A DNA stretch of 64,000 nt from an uncultured Eubacteriales bacterium (GTDB taxonomy: Bacteria > Bacillota > Clostridia > Oscillospirales > CAG-272), in contig CAUGPT010000004.1 in assembly GCA_959601495.1 (NCBI GenBank), positions 14,844-78,843 on the forward strand, read 5' to 3'. This document shows, one piece after another, positions 9,594-17,575 of the stretch; the stretch's first letter is position 1, and each line of letters begins with the position of its first letter. The notes under the pieces were generated by a model. It did not search any database and was not told the origin of the DNA. It saw only the letters and a program-made list of their open reading frames with translations. Position numbers and translations under genes: made by a program.

Positions 9594-9655
9594 GTCGCTC
9601 GGCTGAATTTGCGGCACACGGACAGGCGGGCGCTCGATATAGTCCCGGCATGGCG

Positions 9656-9753
9656 GACAGACCCGCACCGCCCGTGGGGGATGATGCAAGCGGCGCCGCG
9701 CTGCCTGCCTCAAGCTCGCGCAGACAGATCCGTGCCGCCCGTGCGGGATGATG
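9656..9753 (+). repeat. Pair of 31-nt GC-rich direct repeats, 67-nt period, in the ftsZ-hom spacer
   Basis: 9656-9686 GACAGACCCGCACCGCCCGTGGGGGATGATG and 9723-9753 GACAGATCCGTGCCGCCCGTGCGGGATGATG, 27/31 identical. A related GGCGGACAGATACCGTGCGCGGG occurs at 44005-44027. Confidence 0.8.
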
Positions 9754-9884
9754 TTCTGTTTCGGCGGCTTCCCGACGATCGGCCCCGACACCCCCGCCTG
9801 CGGGCGTCTTTGCAAAATAATGCGAAAAACCCGCCTGCATGCGGAAAAAATTGCCCGCAGCGCACTGTTTTTTATATATCTCTG

Positions 9885-9913
9885 TTGAAGTCCGCATTTT
9901 TATGTGGTATACT
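9885..9913 (+). promoter_or_regulatory. Sigma-A-type promoter upstream of hom
   Basis: TTGAAG (9885-9890), 17-nt spacer, TATACT (9908-9913). Confidence 0.45.
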
Positions 9914-9954
9914 TATAAAAATTCATAAATATACACTTTGGGAGAATTTCGGAA

Positions 9955-11190
9955 ATGACAAATATCGCAATACTCGGTTTCGGCGTCGTCGGCGGAGGCA
10001 TAACCGAGGTCATAGAGCAGAACGGCAAGGCGCTTGAAAAATATACGGGGGACGGAATGTACGTAAAGTATATCCTCGATCTCCGTGATTTTCCGGACTC
10101 TCCGTACAGCGACAGGGTAGTTCACGACATAAACATAATCGCTAAGGATCCAGAGGTCAGCATTGTGTGCGAGGCTATGGGCGGTGTGAATCCCGCGTAT
10201 GATTTTTCCGTAATGCTCATGGAGCACGGCAAAAGCGTTGTTACCTCCAACAAAGAGCTTGTGGCAAAAAGAGGCGTTGAGCTTTGCGAGACGGCGGAGA
10301 AGAACGGCGTAAGCTATATGTTTGAGGCAAGCGTCGGCGGCGGTATACCCGAGATACGCGGTATGCGCACATCCCTTGCGGGAGACACTGTAGGCGCTGT
10401 AAACGGCATACTCAACGGTACGACGAACTACATCCTTACAAGAATGAAAAAGGACGGCGCCACATTTGCCGAGGCGCTTTCCGAGGCGCAGCGGCTCGGA
10501 TACGCCGAGAGAGATCCCAGCGCCGACGTGGACGGTCTTGACGCGCAGCGCAAGATCATGATACTGACGGCTGTCGCCACCGGCTGCCTTGCTGATGAGA
10601 GTGATGTTTACGCGGAGACGCTGAGAAATATAACCCCCCTCGACATGGACGCGGCTGCCCGCTGGGGCGGCACGGTAAAGCTTGTGGGCAGCGCGAGAAT
10701 AAAGCCGGACGCCGGCGGCGCCTCAATGTACGTTTGCCCCACGTTTGTACCTTCGGACTGCCCCCTGTCGTTTGTGGACGACGTTTATAACGCTATATCC
10801 GTCGCAAGCCCCGTTACGGGAGACGTGATGTTCTACGGCAGAGGCGCGGGCAGAATGCCTACGGCGGGCGCGATGGTGGCGGATGCGGCGTCGATCGCCT
10901 CGGGACTTTGCAATGGTGAGAAGAAGATGGCATGGCAGAGCGCGCCCGACGGTTGGGTAACGCCCTTTGAAGAACTCAGCTTTTCATACTATGTACGTGT
11001 GAAAACAGACGACCCCGCGCAGGCGCTTGAGGCGGCGGCCCTTGCCCTCGGCACGGCGGAAAAACTTCCTTCGACCCCCGCGGGATACGTCGAGTATATA
11101 ACTCCCGAAGTAAAAGAGTCCGAAGCGAGACGGCTGTTCTCCGGCGAGCTTTGCAAGGCGGAGTCCGTCATTCGCATACTCGCAAAATAA
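9955..11190 (+). CDS. hom: Homoserine dehydrogenase
   Basis: N-terminal Rossmann motif ILGFGVVGGG, the central homoserine dehydrogenase catalytic region and a C-terminal ACT-like domain. 411 aa. Confidence 0.85.
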   Translation: MTNIAILGFGVVGGGITEVIEQNGKALEKYTGDGMYVKYILDLRDFPDSPYSDRVVHDINIIAKDPEVSIVCEAMGGVNPAYDFSVMLMEHGKSVVTSNKELVAKRGVELCETAEKNGVSYMFEASVGGGIPEIRGMRTSLAGDTVGAVNGILNGTTNYILTRMKKDGATFAEALSEAQRLGYAERDPSADVDGLDAQRKIMILTAVATGCLADESDVYAETLRNITPLDMDAAARWGGTVKLVGSARIKPDAGGASMYVCPTFVPSDCPLSFVDDVYNAISVASPVTGDVMFYGRGAGRMPTAGAMVADAASIASGLCNGEKKMAWQSAPDGWVTPFEELSFSYYVRVKTDDPAQALEAAALALGTAEKLPSTPAGYVEYITPEVKESEARRLFSGELCKAESVIRILAK

Positions 11191-11199
11191 AAAACGAAA

Positions 11200-11231
11200 G
11201 CGGAAAACGGCGCAGCCGTTTTCCGCTTTTT
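11200..11231 (+). terminator. Intrinsic terminator after hom
   Basis: GCGGAAAACGGC-gca-GCCGTTTTCCGC followed by TTTTT. Confidence 0.75.
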
Positions 11232-11243
11232 CACAATATGAAA

Positions 11244-11290
11244 GCGCAGCCTTTGGCAGAAACCGTTCTGCCAAAGGCTGCGCCGTTTTT
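11244..11290. terminator. Second long hairpin between the convergent hom and coaW genes (likely bidirectional terminator)
   Basis: GCGCAGCCTTTGGCAGAA-accg-TTCTGCCAAAGGCTGCGC (18-bp arms), followed by cgTTTTTa on the plus strand and TTTCAT on the minus strand. Confidence 0.6.
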
Positions 11291-11323
11291 ATACCGCCGG
11301 GCGGCTGATAAATTACAAGGCGT

Positions 11324-12184
11324 TTATTCGTCAAAGCCCGCTCTGCGGCAGCCCGCGAGAGCCGCGCCGATGACTGTGCCGAACTGCGAATATTTGGGGA
11401 TTATGAAATTCATGTCAAACATTCTGTTGAGGTTATCGAATATCTTCGGCGCCTGGGAAACGCTTGTCAGGTTTCCTGTCAGCACAACGTTTTTCAGCGA
11501 ATAGTTGCGCGCGGCGAAAAGACTTACCATGCCTACGGTCTCAAACACCATGTTTATAAGCGCGAGCGCGAGATCCGCTTTTGTGGCGATGTCGCTGACG
11601 TTGCCGAAGTTTGAAGCCGTCATTGTATCGGCAAAGCCGGGGACGATATCCTGCTTTGTAATGTCGTTGATCTTAAGGTCCACATTGCGCAGATCTCCCC
11701 CTTCGGCAAGCTCTTCGATGTGGGCAACGGTGTCCATACCCAAAATCTTTTTGGAAAGCCCCACGAGCGTGCCGCCGCCGACGCCTGTACCGCCGAGATA
11801 TACGGGCGGCGCGCCCGCTTCGGCATAAACAAGCGCCGTGCCTGTGCCGAGGCTTGCGATGATAGCCTTGTCATAGCTGCAGAGATAAAGACCGCCGAGC
11901 CCTATGCAGTCGAATTCGGGCACGATCTCGCAGTCAAGCGAAAATATATCGTTTTTGATGTAGGACGCGCCTACACCGGTGATCATCACTTTTTCAATGT
12001 CGGCAAGAGTCAGATCGTTTTGATCGGTAAACTTTCCGAAAGCGCCGTAAACAGACGTAACGGGGTCTGCCGCGCGGACGAATATGGGCTCGATCAGCCG
12101 TCTTTCTCCGCTCGTAAGGTCGAAGCCAACGATCTTCGTGGTGCTTCCGCCGACGTCGATGCCGATTATGGTTCTTTTTTTCAT
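11324..12184 (-). CDS. coaW: Type II pantothenate kinase (CoaW-like, ASKHA fold)
   Basis: Aligns by eye with Staphylococcus CoaW: GIDVGGSTTKIVG, LGTGTAL, GGTGVGGGTLVGL, MTASNFG and the C-terminal FGTVIGAAL. Confidence 0.7.
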   Translation of the reverse strand: MKKRTIIGIDVGGSTTKIVGFDLTSGERRLIEPIFVRAADPVTSVYGAFGKFTDQNDLTLADIEKVMITGVGASYIKNDIFSLDCEIVPEFDCIGLGGLYLCSYDKAIIASLGTGTALVYAEAGAPPVYLGGTGVGGGTLVGLSKKILGMDTVAHIEELAEGGDLRNVDLKINDITKQDIVPGFADTMTASNFGNVSDIATKADLALALINMVFETVGMVSLFAARNYSLKNVVLTGNLTSVSQAPKIFDNLNRMFDMNFIIPKYSQFGTVIGAALAGCRRAGFDE

Positions 12185-12280
12185 AGATATACACTTCCCG
12201 TGGTAGAGCTTTGCGCCGGCCGCGCCGAAGAGTGTGTTATCGGCTGCCGCGCGTATACCTATAATATCACATAAAAGGCG

Positions 12281-13462
12281 TTAATGCAAGCCGTATTCTT
12301 CTGCAATATCGGCATACTGCCCGCCGAGATCCTCTCCGGTGATATACCCTGACAGCACACAGCCGAACATGACCGCGCTGCGCTTTGCCTCGGTGAGGGT
12401 GTTTGCGCACGTGCCGAACTCGATAAGCAGCGCCCCGGGAGATGTGTCCTGATAGAAGGAAGCGCACCTGAGATCGATAGGACGCATCAGCGTGTTGTCG
12501 GCGTTCCATAGGCGGGACTGCAGCGAGAGCGCAAAGCTGAGGTTCTCTCTCCAGTTTTTATGCGCGCTGCCGCCGCTGTCCGTGCCGCATACTATCATTA
12601 GCTGGGCGGCTTCGTCACCGCCGATATCGGTAACGCTGCGCACATAGCCCGCGTCGTCGTTGCCTATGCAGTCGCGGTGAACGTCGAAAACGTATTTTAC
12701 GGACGGATAGCGGGACAAAACGTCCCGCACGGCGAGAGTGCTGCTGTCGTATGCTCCGCTCCAGGACTTTTCATCAAACATTTCTTCGATATGCATTGTG
12801 ACGACGCCGCATTTTTCAAGAGTTTCGGCAAGTATTTTTCCAACGGCGACGGTGTTTTTCTCCGTATCGCGGGAGCGAAAAGAGTTGCCGGCACAGTCGG
12901 CGTACGCCTCCGTGCCGTGGGTGTGATATATGAGCACGAGCGGCGCATCGCTTTGCTCGGCGCCTGTCGGGGAGCTTGCGGCGGGAACGGAGCTCATAAG
13001 CGCTTCTATGTTTGTCTCGTATTCCGTTTCGTTCGATATCGCAAGTCCGCCTGCGGCGCGGGCGGAAAGGTCTTCGTTCATGACCTTGAGGCTCGGCGGG
13101 ATGCTGTCGGTATCCCCATTGCCGTCCTCGGACGCTTCTTCGTCCCCATCAAGAACAACGGGATCGGGATCATCCGCTTTTTCTTCTATGACCACATCGG
13201 GGAAAATAAGCGATACGATGCGGTTCTGCCAGCCGTTTTTCAGATAGGAGAACAGCTCCGCGGCGGCAGCCGCGTGCACAAGTATGCCGACGGCACAGAG
13301 TATAAGACATGAAGCCGAGGCCGCAGCCTTTGCTATCCGCAGCCCCCTTGCGCCTCTGTCCGACACCGTCGGAGCGCCGTACACGCTTTCTGGCGGCGCT
13401 TCGAGCCGCTCCGCATCTGTCGGAGCGTCAAGCGTTCTTTCGCTGTAAGTTTTCATATCCAT
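12281..13462 (-). CDS. spoIIP: Stage II sporulation protein P (SpoIIP amidase/endopeptidase)
   Basis: N-terminal TM, an acidic linker, then the SpoIIP core (LIYHTHGTEAY ... FDVHRD ... LIEFGT). ATG 13462 follows GGGAGG by 9 nt; the longest ORF starts at 13516. Confidence 0.85.
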   Translation of the reverse strand: MDMKTYSERTLDAPTDAERLEAPPESVYGAPTVSDRGARGLRIAKAAASASCLILCAVGILVHAAAAAELFSYLKNGWQNRIVSLIFPDVVIEEKADDPDPVVLDGDEEASEDGNGDTDSIPPSLKVMNEDLSARAAGGLAISNETEYETNIEALMSSVPAASSPTGAEQSDAPLVLIYHTHGTEAYADCAGNSFRSRDTEKNTVAVGKILAETLEKCGVVTMHIEEMFDEKSWSGAYDSSTLAVRDVLSRYPSVKYVFDVHRDCIGNDDAGYVRSVTDIGGDEAAQLMIVCGTDSGGSAHKNWRENLSFALSLQSRLWNADNTLMRPIDLRCASFYQDTSPGALLIEFGTCANTLTEAKRSAVMFGCVLSGYITGEDLGGQYADIAEEYGLH

Positions 13463-13785
13463 AATGTGTAACCTCCCGCGTTTTTTCTTTTTTCGTCCGC
13501 AGCGCAAAGCCGTCACTCACTAAAGCGTGCGTCTTGTCCGCGCGGCATAGATGTGCACGCCTGTATTTTCTGCGCTGTTCAAGTATATTGGCACTACGTG
13601 CGCAATATTCCGCATGGCAGCGTGCATTTCGGCTTTCGGCTCGACGGCTCGGGCAGGATTTGCATAGGGACATATACTGCCGCGCGGTATGTGACGGCGA
13701 AGAGAGCGACAGCCGCCGAGAGCTGCGGGAGAGCGGCACCGAAAAGCTTTACAAAAAGGTATGCGGCGCCCATCGACGGCGCGGC

Positions 13786-13813
13786 AAAAAATAAAAACGC
13801 TGCGGACAGCGTT
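13786..13813 (-). terminator. Intrinsic terminator ending candidate unit 2
   Basis: Minus strand AACGCUG-UCCG-CAGCGUU followed by UUUAUUUUUU. Confidence 0.65.
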
Positions 13814-13901
13814 CTTGATGAGAATTTTTCATAACGAAGAAGAGGATGCCTTCGGAGGTAAACGGTTTTTAAAACCGCATCGACCGGAAGCACCCTCATC
13901 C
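13786..13901 (-). ncRNA. Candidate small non-coding transcription unit 2 (family unknown)
   Basis: Bounded by a TTGATA-17-TATACT promoter (13936-13908) and an intrinsic terminator (13813-13786). Can form a 14-bp stem (GAGGGUGCUUCCGG with CCGAAGGCAUCCUC) that encloses a CGGUUU/AAACCG hairpin. No SD-led ORF. Confidence 0.3.
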
Positions 13902-13907
13902 GAAATC

Positions 13908-13936
13908 AGTATATGTCACAAGTTCTCGCCTATCAA
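13908..13936 (-). promoter_or_regulatory. Sigma-A-type promoter of candidate unit 2
   Basis: On the minus strand: TTGATA (13936-13931), 17-nt spacer, TATACT (13913-13908). Confidence 0.45.
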
Positions 13937-14020
13937 GGAATACGGAAAAGCATTGCGGGGAAAATAGATCAATTCCGAACTTTCGAACGGTGACGGAATG
14001 CCGAAGGTGTTATAAGCATA

Positions 14021-14045
14021 TAAAAAGCAGCCGAAGCCTCGGCTG
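14021..14045 (-). terminator. Intrinsic terminator ending candidate unit 1
   Basis: Minus strand CAGCCGA-GGCU-UCGGCUG followed by CUUUUUAU. Confidence 0.65.
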
Positions 14046-14311
14046 ACGCCAATGTGGAACAAAGCCACAAGGACGTATCAACAATGGGGTCTTCGACTAC
14101 TGCCTGTACTGTATCAGATTTGTATTCGTTTGTCAAGCGCTTCGACAACGGTTTTGCCGCGCGCAAACTGTGAATGAAGGACGGGCTCAGTGCTGAAAGA
14201 CTGCGGCGCCGCGCAGGTGGCAATGCGGAAATGCTTTGCATAAAAGAAGACACGGGTCATCAAGAGTATCGCCCTGATTTAACAGAGTCAACAGGTCTCC
14301 GTCGCCGTGCC
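14021..14311 (-). ncRNA. Candidate non-coding transcription unit 1, ~290 nt (family unknown)
   Basis: Bounded by a TTGACA-17-TATATT promoter with a TGn extension (14346-14318) and an intrinsic terminator (14045-14021). Only short ORFs (34 and 48 aa), with no or poor RBS and rare codons. Several local hairpins. Confidence 0.35.
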
Positions 14312-14317
14312 GCCTAT

Positions 14318-14346
14318 AATATATCACAAATGATTCCGTTTGTCAA
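14318..14346 (-). promoter_or_regulatory. Sigma-A-type promoter of candidate unit 1
   Basis: On the minus strand: TTGACA (14346-14341), 17-nt spacer ending TGa, TATATT (14323-14318). Starts 15 nt after the gpr stop. The -35 lies inside a CCGTT-GACA-AACGG palindrome. Confidence 0.5.
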
Positions 14347-14361
14347 CGGCAGGAAAGTGCC

Positions 14362-15288
14362 TTACAGCCCCTCCGCCATATATGCTCGGTTTATTGCCGA
14401 GGCTATAAGCGCCGCCACCTCGTCGCATATGATATCCCCGTCCTTCGGGGATACAAAATAGCTGCGCTCCTTTTCAAGAGAGGCGCGCATTTCCTCGCCG
14501 CACTCGCATCCCGCGCGCTCAAGCGCGTCCCAGACAAGCGTGGCGCAGTCCACAACGGTGGGCACGCCGATAGCTATCACGGGGCAGCCGATGCTCTCTC
14601 TGTTGACGGCGCTGCGGCGGTTTCCTATCCCGCTGCCGGGCTCGATGCCCGTGTCCGACAGCTGTATGGTGGAGGCAAGCCGCTTTGTGGAGCGCGCAGC
14701 AAGGGCGTCTATGGCAATGACCACATCCGGCTTTACATAGTCCGCCGCACCCTTGATCATCGCTCCCGCCTCTATCCCCGTCTGCCCCATAACGCCGGGA
14801 TGCACTGCGGAAATGCTGGAGCAGCCGATGCTGTCAAGAAGTCCCGACTCCATGACGTGACTTGTAACGGCGACTTTGTCCGCGGCGCGGGGACCGAGGG
14901 CGTCAGCCGTTATAAAACGGTTGCCCAGCCCCGCCACAAGCACTTTCGTGGCGCTTGAAACGGGCGCGCCGCACAGCTTTTGCGTAAATTCGCGAAGGAG
15001 GACAGACAGCGCCTCGGTTATGTTTTCCGCGTCATTTGCGTCGAGGTATTTCATAAGCGGACAGTACAGGGTAACATAGCTTCCGCGCTTGCGGCCGGTC
15101 TCGATCTCGCCCTCTTTATTCAGCACTTCAAGGCGTGACACGGGCACGGAGCATATTTCGCCCTCCTCGCTTACCGCCCCGCGGTATGGCTTGTTCAGCG
15201 CCCCCACGCTTTCGCAGGCAAGGTCGGTCCTTGGAAAAGCCGCGCTTTCTGTGACGTTTTCCGTCGGTATTTGTGAATTTTTTAACAT
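14362..15288 (-). CDS. gpr: Germination protease GPR (spore SASP endopeptidase)
   Basis: Aligns by eye to B. subtilis GPR: RTDLACE, VAGLGN..TADALGP, HPGVMGQTGIE, IAIDALAARS, SDTGIEPGSGIGN, VIAIGVPTVVD. ATG 15288 gives MLKNSQ... Confidence 0.9.
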   Translation of the reverse strand: MLKNSQIPTENVTESAAFPRTDLACESVGALNKPYRGAVSEEGEICSVPVSRLEVLNKEGEIETGRKRGSYVTLYCPLMKYLDANDAENITEALSVLLREFTQKLCGAPVSSATKVLVAGLGNRFITADALGPRAADKVAVTSHVMESGLLDSIGCSSISAVHPGVMGQTGIEAGAMIKGAADYVKPDVVIAIDALAARSTKRLASTIQLSDTGIEPGSGIGNRRSAVNRESIGCPVIAIGVPTVVDCATLVWDALERAGCECGEEMRASLEKERSYFVSPKDGDIICDEVAALIASAINRAYMAEGL

Positions 15289-15587
15289 AATCGTTGCCTT
15301 TCCCGAAAAATATATTATAATAATAATATAATTTGCCGCATAAGCGCCGTCTATACCGCACAAAGCCCGAAAGACGGTATCCGCCGATGATATCAGCGCG
15401 GTTTTTGCGGGTTTTTTGCGCGCATTGCCGCCGCGCCGCGGCGCACTTTGACAAAGGCGCTGCTTTGTCGGGAGGGCGCGACGCGCGCCGCAGGCCGAAA
15501 TGCCCTCGTTATATGTAGATTTTTACCAAATTGCCGAATTTTTATTGTGCAAATAAATGAAACTGTGCCGTTTTTCCGCTTTACAGA

Positions 15588-15616
15588 TTGATTATCGGAC
15601 GATATTGTGCTATAAT
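15588..15616 (+). promoter_or_regulatory. Sigma-A-type promoter upstream of the OppA-like lipoprotein gene
   Basis: TTGATT (15588-15593), 17-nt spacer ending TGc, TATAAT (15611-15616). Confidence 0.55.
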
Positions 15617-15713
15617 TTACCGTATGTAAACGTATCGTTTGAAAAAGGCGCGGCGGCACATATCGCAGCCTTTTGAAAACAATAAGCCGCCGGGGGCGGC
15701 GTGGAGGTAATAT

Positions 15714-17477
15714 ATGAAAAAAGTGATATGCATCGTTCTTGCGGCAGTATGCGTTATCGGAATGCTTTCCGCATGCTCAACCTTGAAAAAGGACGACAAG
15801 GGCGCTATCGTCACAATGTATCTGGCAAACCAGATATACAATTTCGATCCCATCGTCGGATACAACGACACGGCGACCGCAAAGATTTTGTCGCTGGCGT
15901 TCGAGGGTCTTACCGTTCTTGATGAGGACGGCGACTGGCACAAGGGCATGATGAAGAGCTACAAGTACCTTGAGCCCGATGAAAAAGAGGATACATACAG
16001 ACTTGAGATCAACCTCCGTTCCACAAAGTGGAGCGACGGCAGAACCGTTCAGGCAAACGATTTCGTCTATGCGTGGAAGCGCATCGTTGAGGCTACCAAC
16101 AAGTGCGACGCGGCTTGCCTCCTTTACGATGTTAAGAACGCCCGCGACATCAAGATGGGCAACGCCACCGTTGACGATCTCGGTATCTATTCAGTCGAGT
16201 CGTACGTTCTCAAGATCGAATTTGAGCACGATATAAACGTAGATGAGTTCTTTAAGACCTGCGCAAGCGTGGCGCTCGTTCCTCTGCGCGAGGATAAGAT
16301 CGGCAACGACGATACCTGGGCAAAGCGCGCCTCCACAATTGTTACAAACGGTCCCTTCGACATCAGAAATGTTTCTTACGGCGACAAGCTCGTTCTCGAG
16401 CGTTCTTCCTATTACAAGCGCGATACCGACTCCAACCAGGCACTTGACAAGTACGTTATCCCCTACAGACTTGTAATAAAATATTCTTACGGAGACAACA
16501 CGGCACAGGCAGACGCATTTGATGCCGGCAACATTTTCTATCTCGGTGAGATAGCTCTCAGCGCCCGCGACTTCTACAAAAAGCGCGCCGAAATAGTGGA
16601 TACTCCCATAACTGCATCACTTTATTTCAACACCACCAACAGACTGTTTGAAAAGGCAGAGGTAAGGCGTGCGCTTTCTCTTGCCCTTGACAGACAGGCG
16701 ATAGCAGACACTCTTGTGTATGCAAAGCCCGCGACGGGTCTTGTCCCCGGCGGCGTTGACGACGCAAACGCAAAGGGCGATTTCCGCAAGACCGGCGGCG
16801 ATCTTCTGGCGACAAGCGCGGATGTTGACGAGGCAAAATCCCTTCTCAAATCTGCAGGCGTTACAAGCGGCAGCTTCAGCATCAAGGTAAGAGACAATGA
16901 GGCTGACGTCGCGTTCGCTGAGGCGGTCGCCGAGGCGTGGAAGTCTCTCGGCTTCAGCGTCAAGGTTGAAAAGATGGGCACAAAGAAGATCTCATCAGAA
17001 AATACCAACCAGTCCGTAATATACCGCGATCTCTATCAGGAGGCGCTCGACGAGGGCGACTTCGACGTTATCGCTCTTGACTACAACATGCTCGCGCCCA
17101 ACGCTTTCGCGGCGCTTGCACCCTTTGCGACGGAGTTTTCCGGCAACGGCGTTGATATGTCAAACGACAACTACGATCCGTTCCCCCATGTGACCGGCTA
17201 TTCCGACAGTGACTACGACGATATTATCGACAAGGCAAGCAAGACGTCCGACAGCAAGGAAAGAGCACAGCTTCTCCATGACGCGGAAGAAAAGCTTATG
17301 GAGGATATGCCCATAGTTCCCGTGCTGTTCCTGCAGGATGCATACGTGACGAGCAAGGTAATAAGCGGTGTTAAGAACACCTATTGGGGCAGAGACTTCG
17401 ACAATCTGAAGATGAAGAACTACATGAAATACAAGGAGTCCATCCAAGCAGAGGATAGCGAAAACGAATTCGAGTAA
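15714..17477 (+). CDS. ABC transporter substrate-binding lipoprotein, peptide/nickel (OppA/DppA, family 5) type
   Basis: Lipoprotein signal with lipobox (VIGMLSAC). 587 aa with family-5 SBP-like sequence throughout. No permease or ATPase genes adjacent. Confidence 0.8.
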   Translation: MKKVICIVLAAVCVIGMLSACSTLKKDDKGAIVTMYLANQIYNFDPIVGYNDTATAKILSLAFEGLTVLDEDGDWHKGMMKSYKYLEPDEKEDTYRLEINLRSTKWSDGRTVQANDFVYAWKRIVEATNKCDAACLLYDVKNARDIKMGNATVDDLGIYSVESYVLKIEFEHDINVDEFFKTCASVALVPLREDKIGNDDTWAKRASTIVTNGPFDIRNVSYGDKLVLERSSYYKRDTDSNQALDKYVIPYRLVIKYSYGDNTAQADAFDAGNIFYLGEIALSARDFYKKRAEIVDTPITASLYFNTTNRLFEKAEVRRALSLALDRQAIADTLVYAKPATGLVPGGVDDANAKGDFRKTGGDLLATSADVDEAKSLLKSAGVTSGSFSIKVRDNEADVAFAEAVAEAWKSLGFSVKVEKMGTKKISSENTNQSVIYRDLYQEALDEGDFDVIALDYNMLAPNAFAALAPFATEFSGNGVDMSNDNYDPFPHVTGYSDSDYDDIIDKASKTSDSKERAQLLHDAEEKLMEDMPIVPVLFLQDAYVTSKVISGVKNTYWGRDFDNLKMKNYMKYKESIQAEDSENEFE

Positions 17478-17510
17478 TTGCAATCAAATTAGTTTTCACA
17501 CCGGTTTTCA

Positions 17511-17539
17511 CGCGGGGGGCTTATGCCTCCCGCGTTTTA
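17511..17539 (+). terminator. Intrinsic terminator after the OppA-like gene
   Basis: CGCGGGGGGC-ttat-GCCTCCCGCG (one G-U pair) followed by TTTTA. Confidence 0.65.
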
Positions 17540-17575
17540 TCCTGCTTACTTATAAAACGGTATATCAGAAAGGAA

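Noticed and set aside
8592-9815. Long antisense or alternative-frame ORFs over well-supported genes. Examples are 8592-9815 over ftsZ, 2585-3661 over mraY, 19699-20955 over cotJBC, 26010-26975 and 29876-30853, 44019-45200 over flotillin, 49741-50559 over murA and 62442-63416 over atpD/atpC.
   Set aside because: All overlap genes with strong family signatures on the other strand or frame. They translate to Arg/Cys/His-rich low-plausibility sequence and lack RBSs. They are typical GC-rich shadow ORFs.
13594-13899. A 101-aa minus-strand ORF with a hydrophobic C-terminal half between gpr and spoIIP, considered as a real small membrane protein gene.
   Set aside because: It has no Shine-Dalgarno sequence. 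Its N-terminal third uses rare codons (AGG, TTA, CGA, AGA) and coincides with strong RNA secondary structure. The frame also reads straight through a canonical intrinsic terminator (13813-13786). It is not excluded, since a leaderless start is conceivable, so it is mentioned under the ncRNA finding rather than called.
14021-14311. Tried to assign candidate unit 1 to RNase P RNA, tmRNA, SRP/4.5S RNA, 6S RNA or a T-box leader.
   Set aside because: There is no GGAAAGUCC-type P4 motif; the plus strand has only AAGGACGGGCUC, which is on the wrong strand and mismatched. There is no tRNA-like UCCACCA 3' end or GGGG...UUCGAC 5' end, and no GGAAGCAGC SRP motif. The ends do not pair as in 6S. The T-box-like GGTGGCAATGCGG is on the wrong strand with 3 mismatches.
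13463-15713. Looked for rpsT (ribosomal protein S20), which neighbours gpr in B. subtilis.
   Set aside because: No frame on either strand around gpr gives an S20-like Lys/Ala-rich ~85-aa product. The gene is evidently elsewhere.
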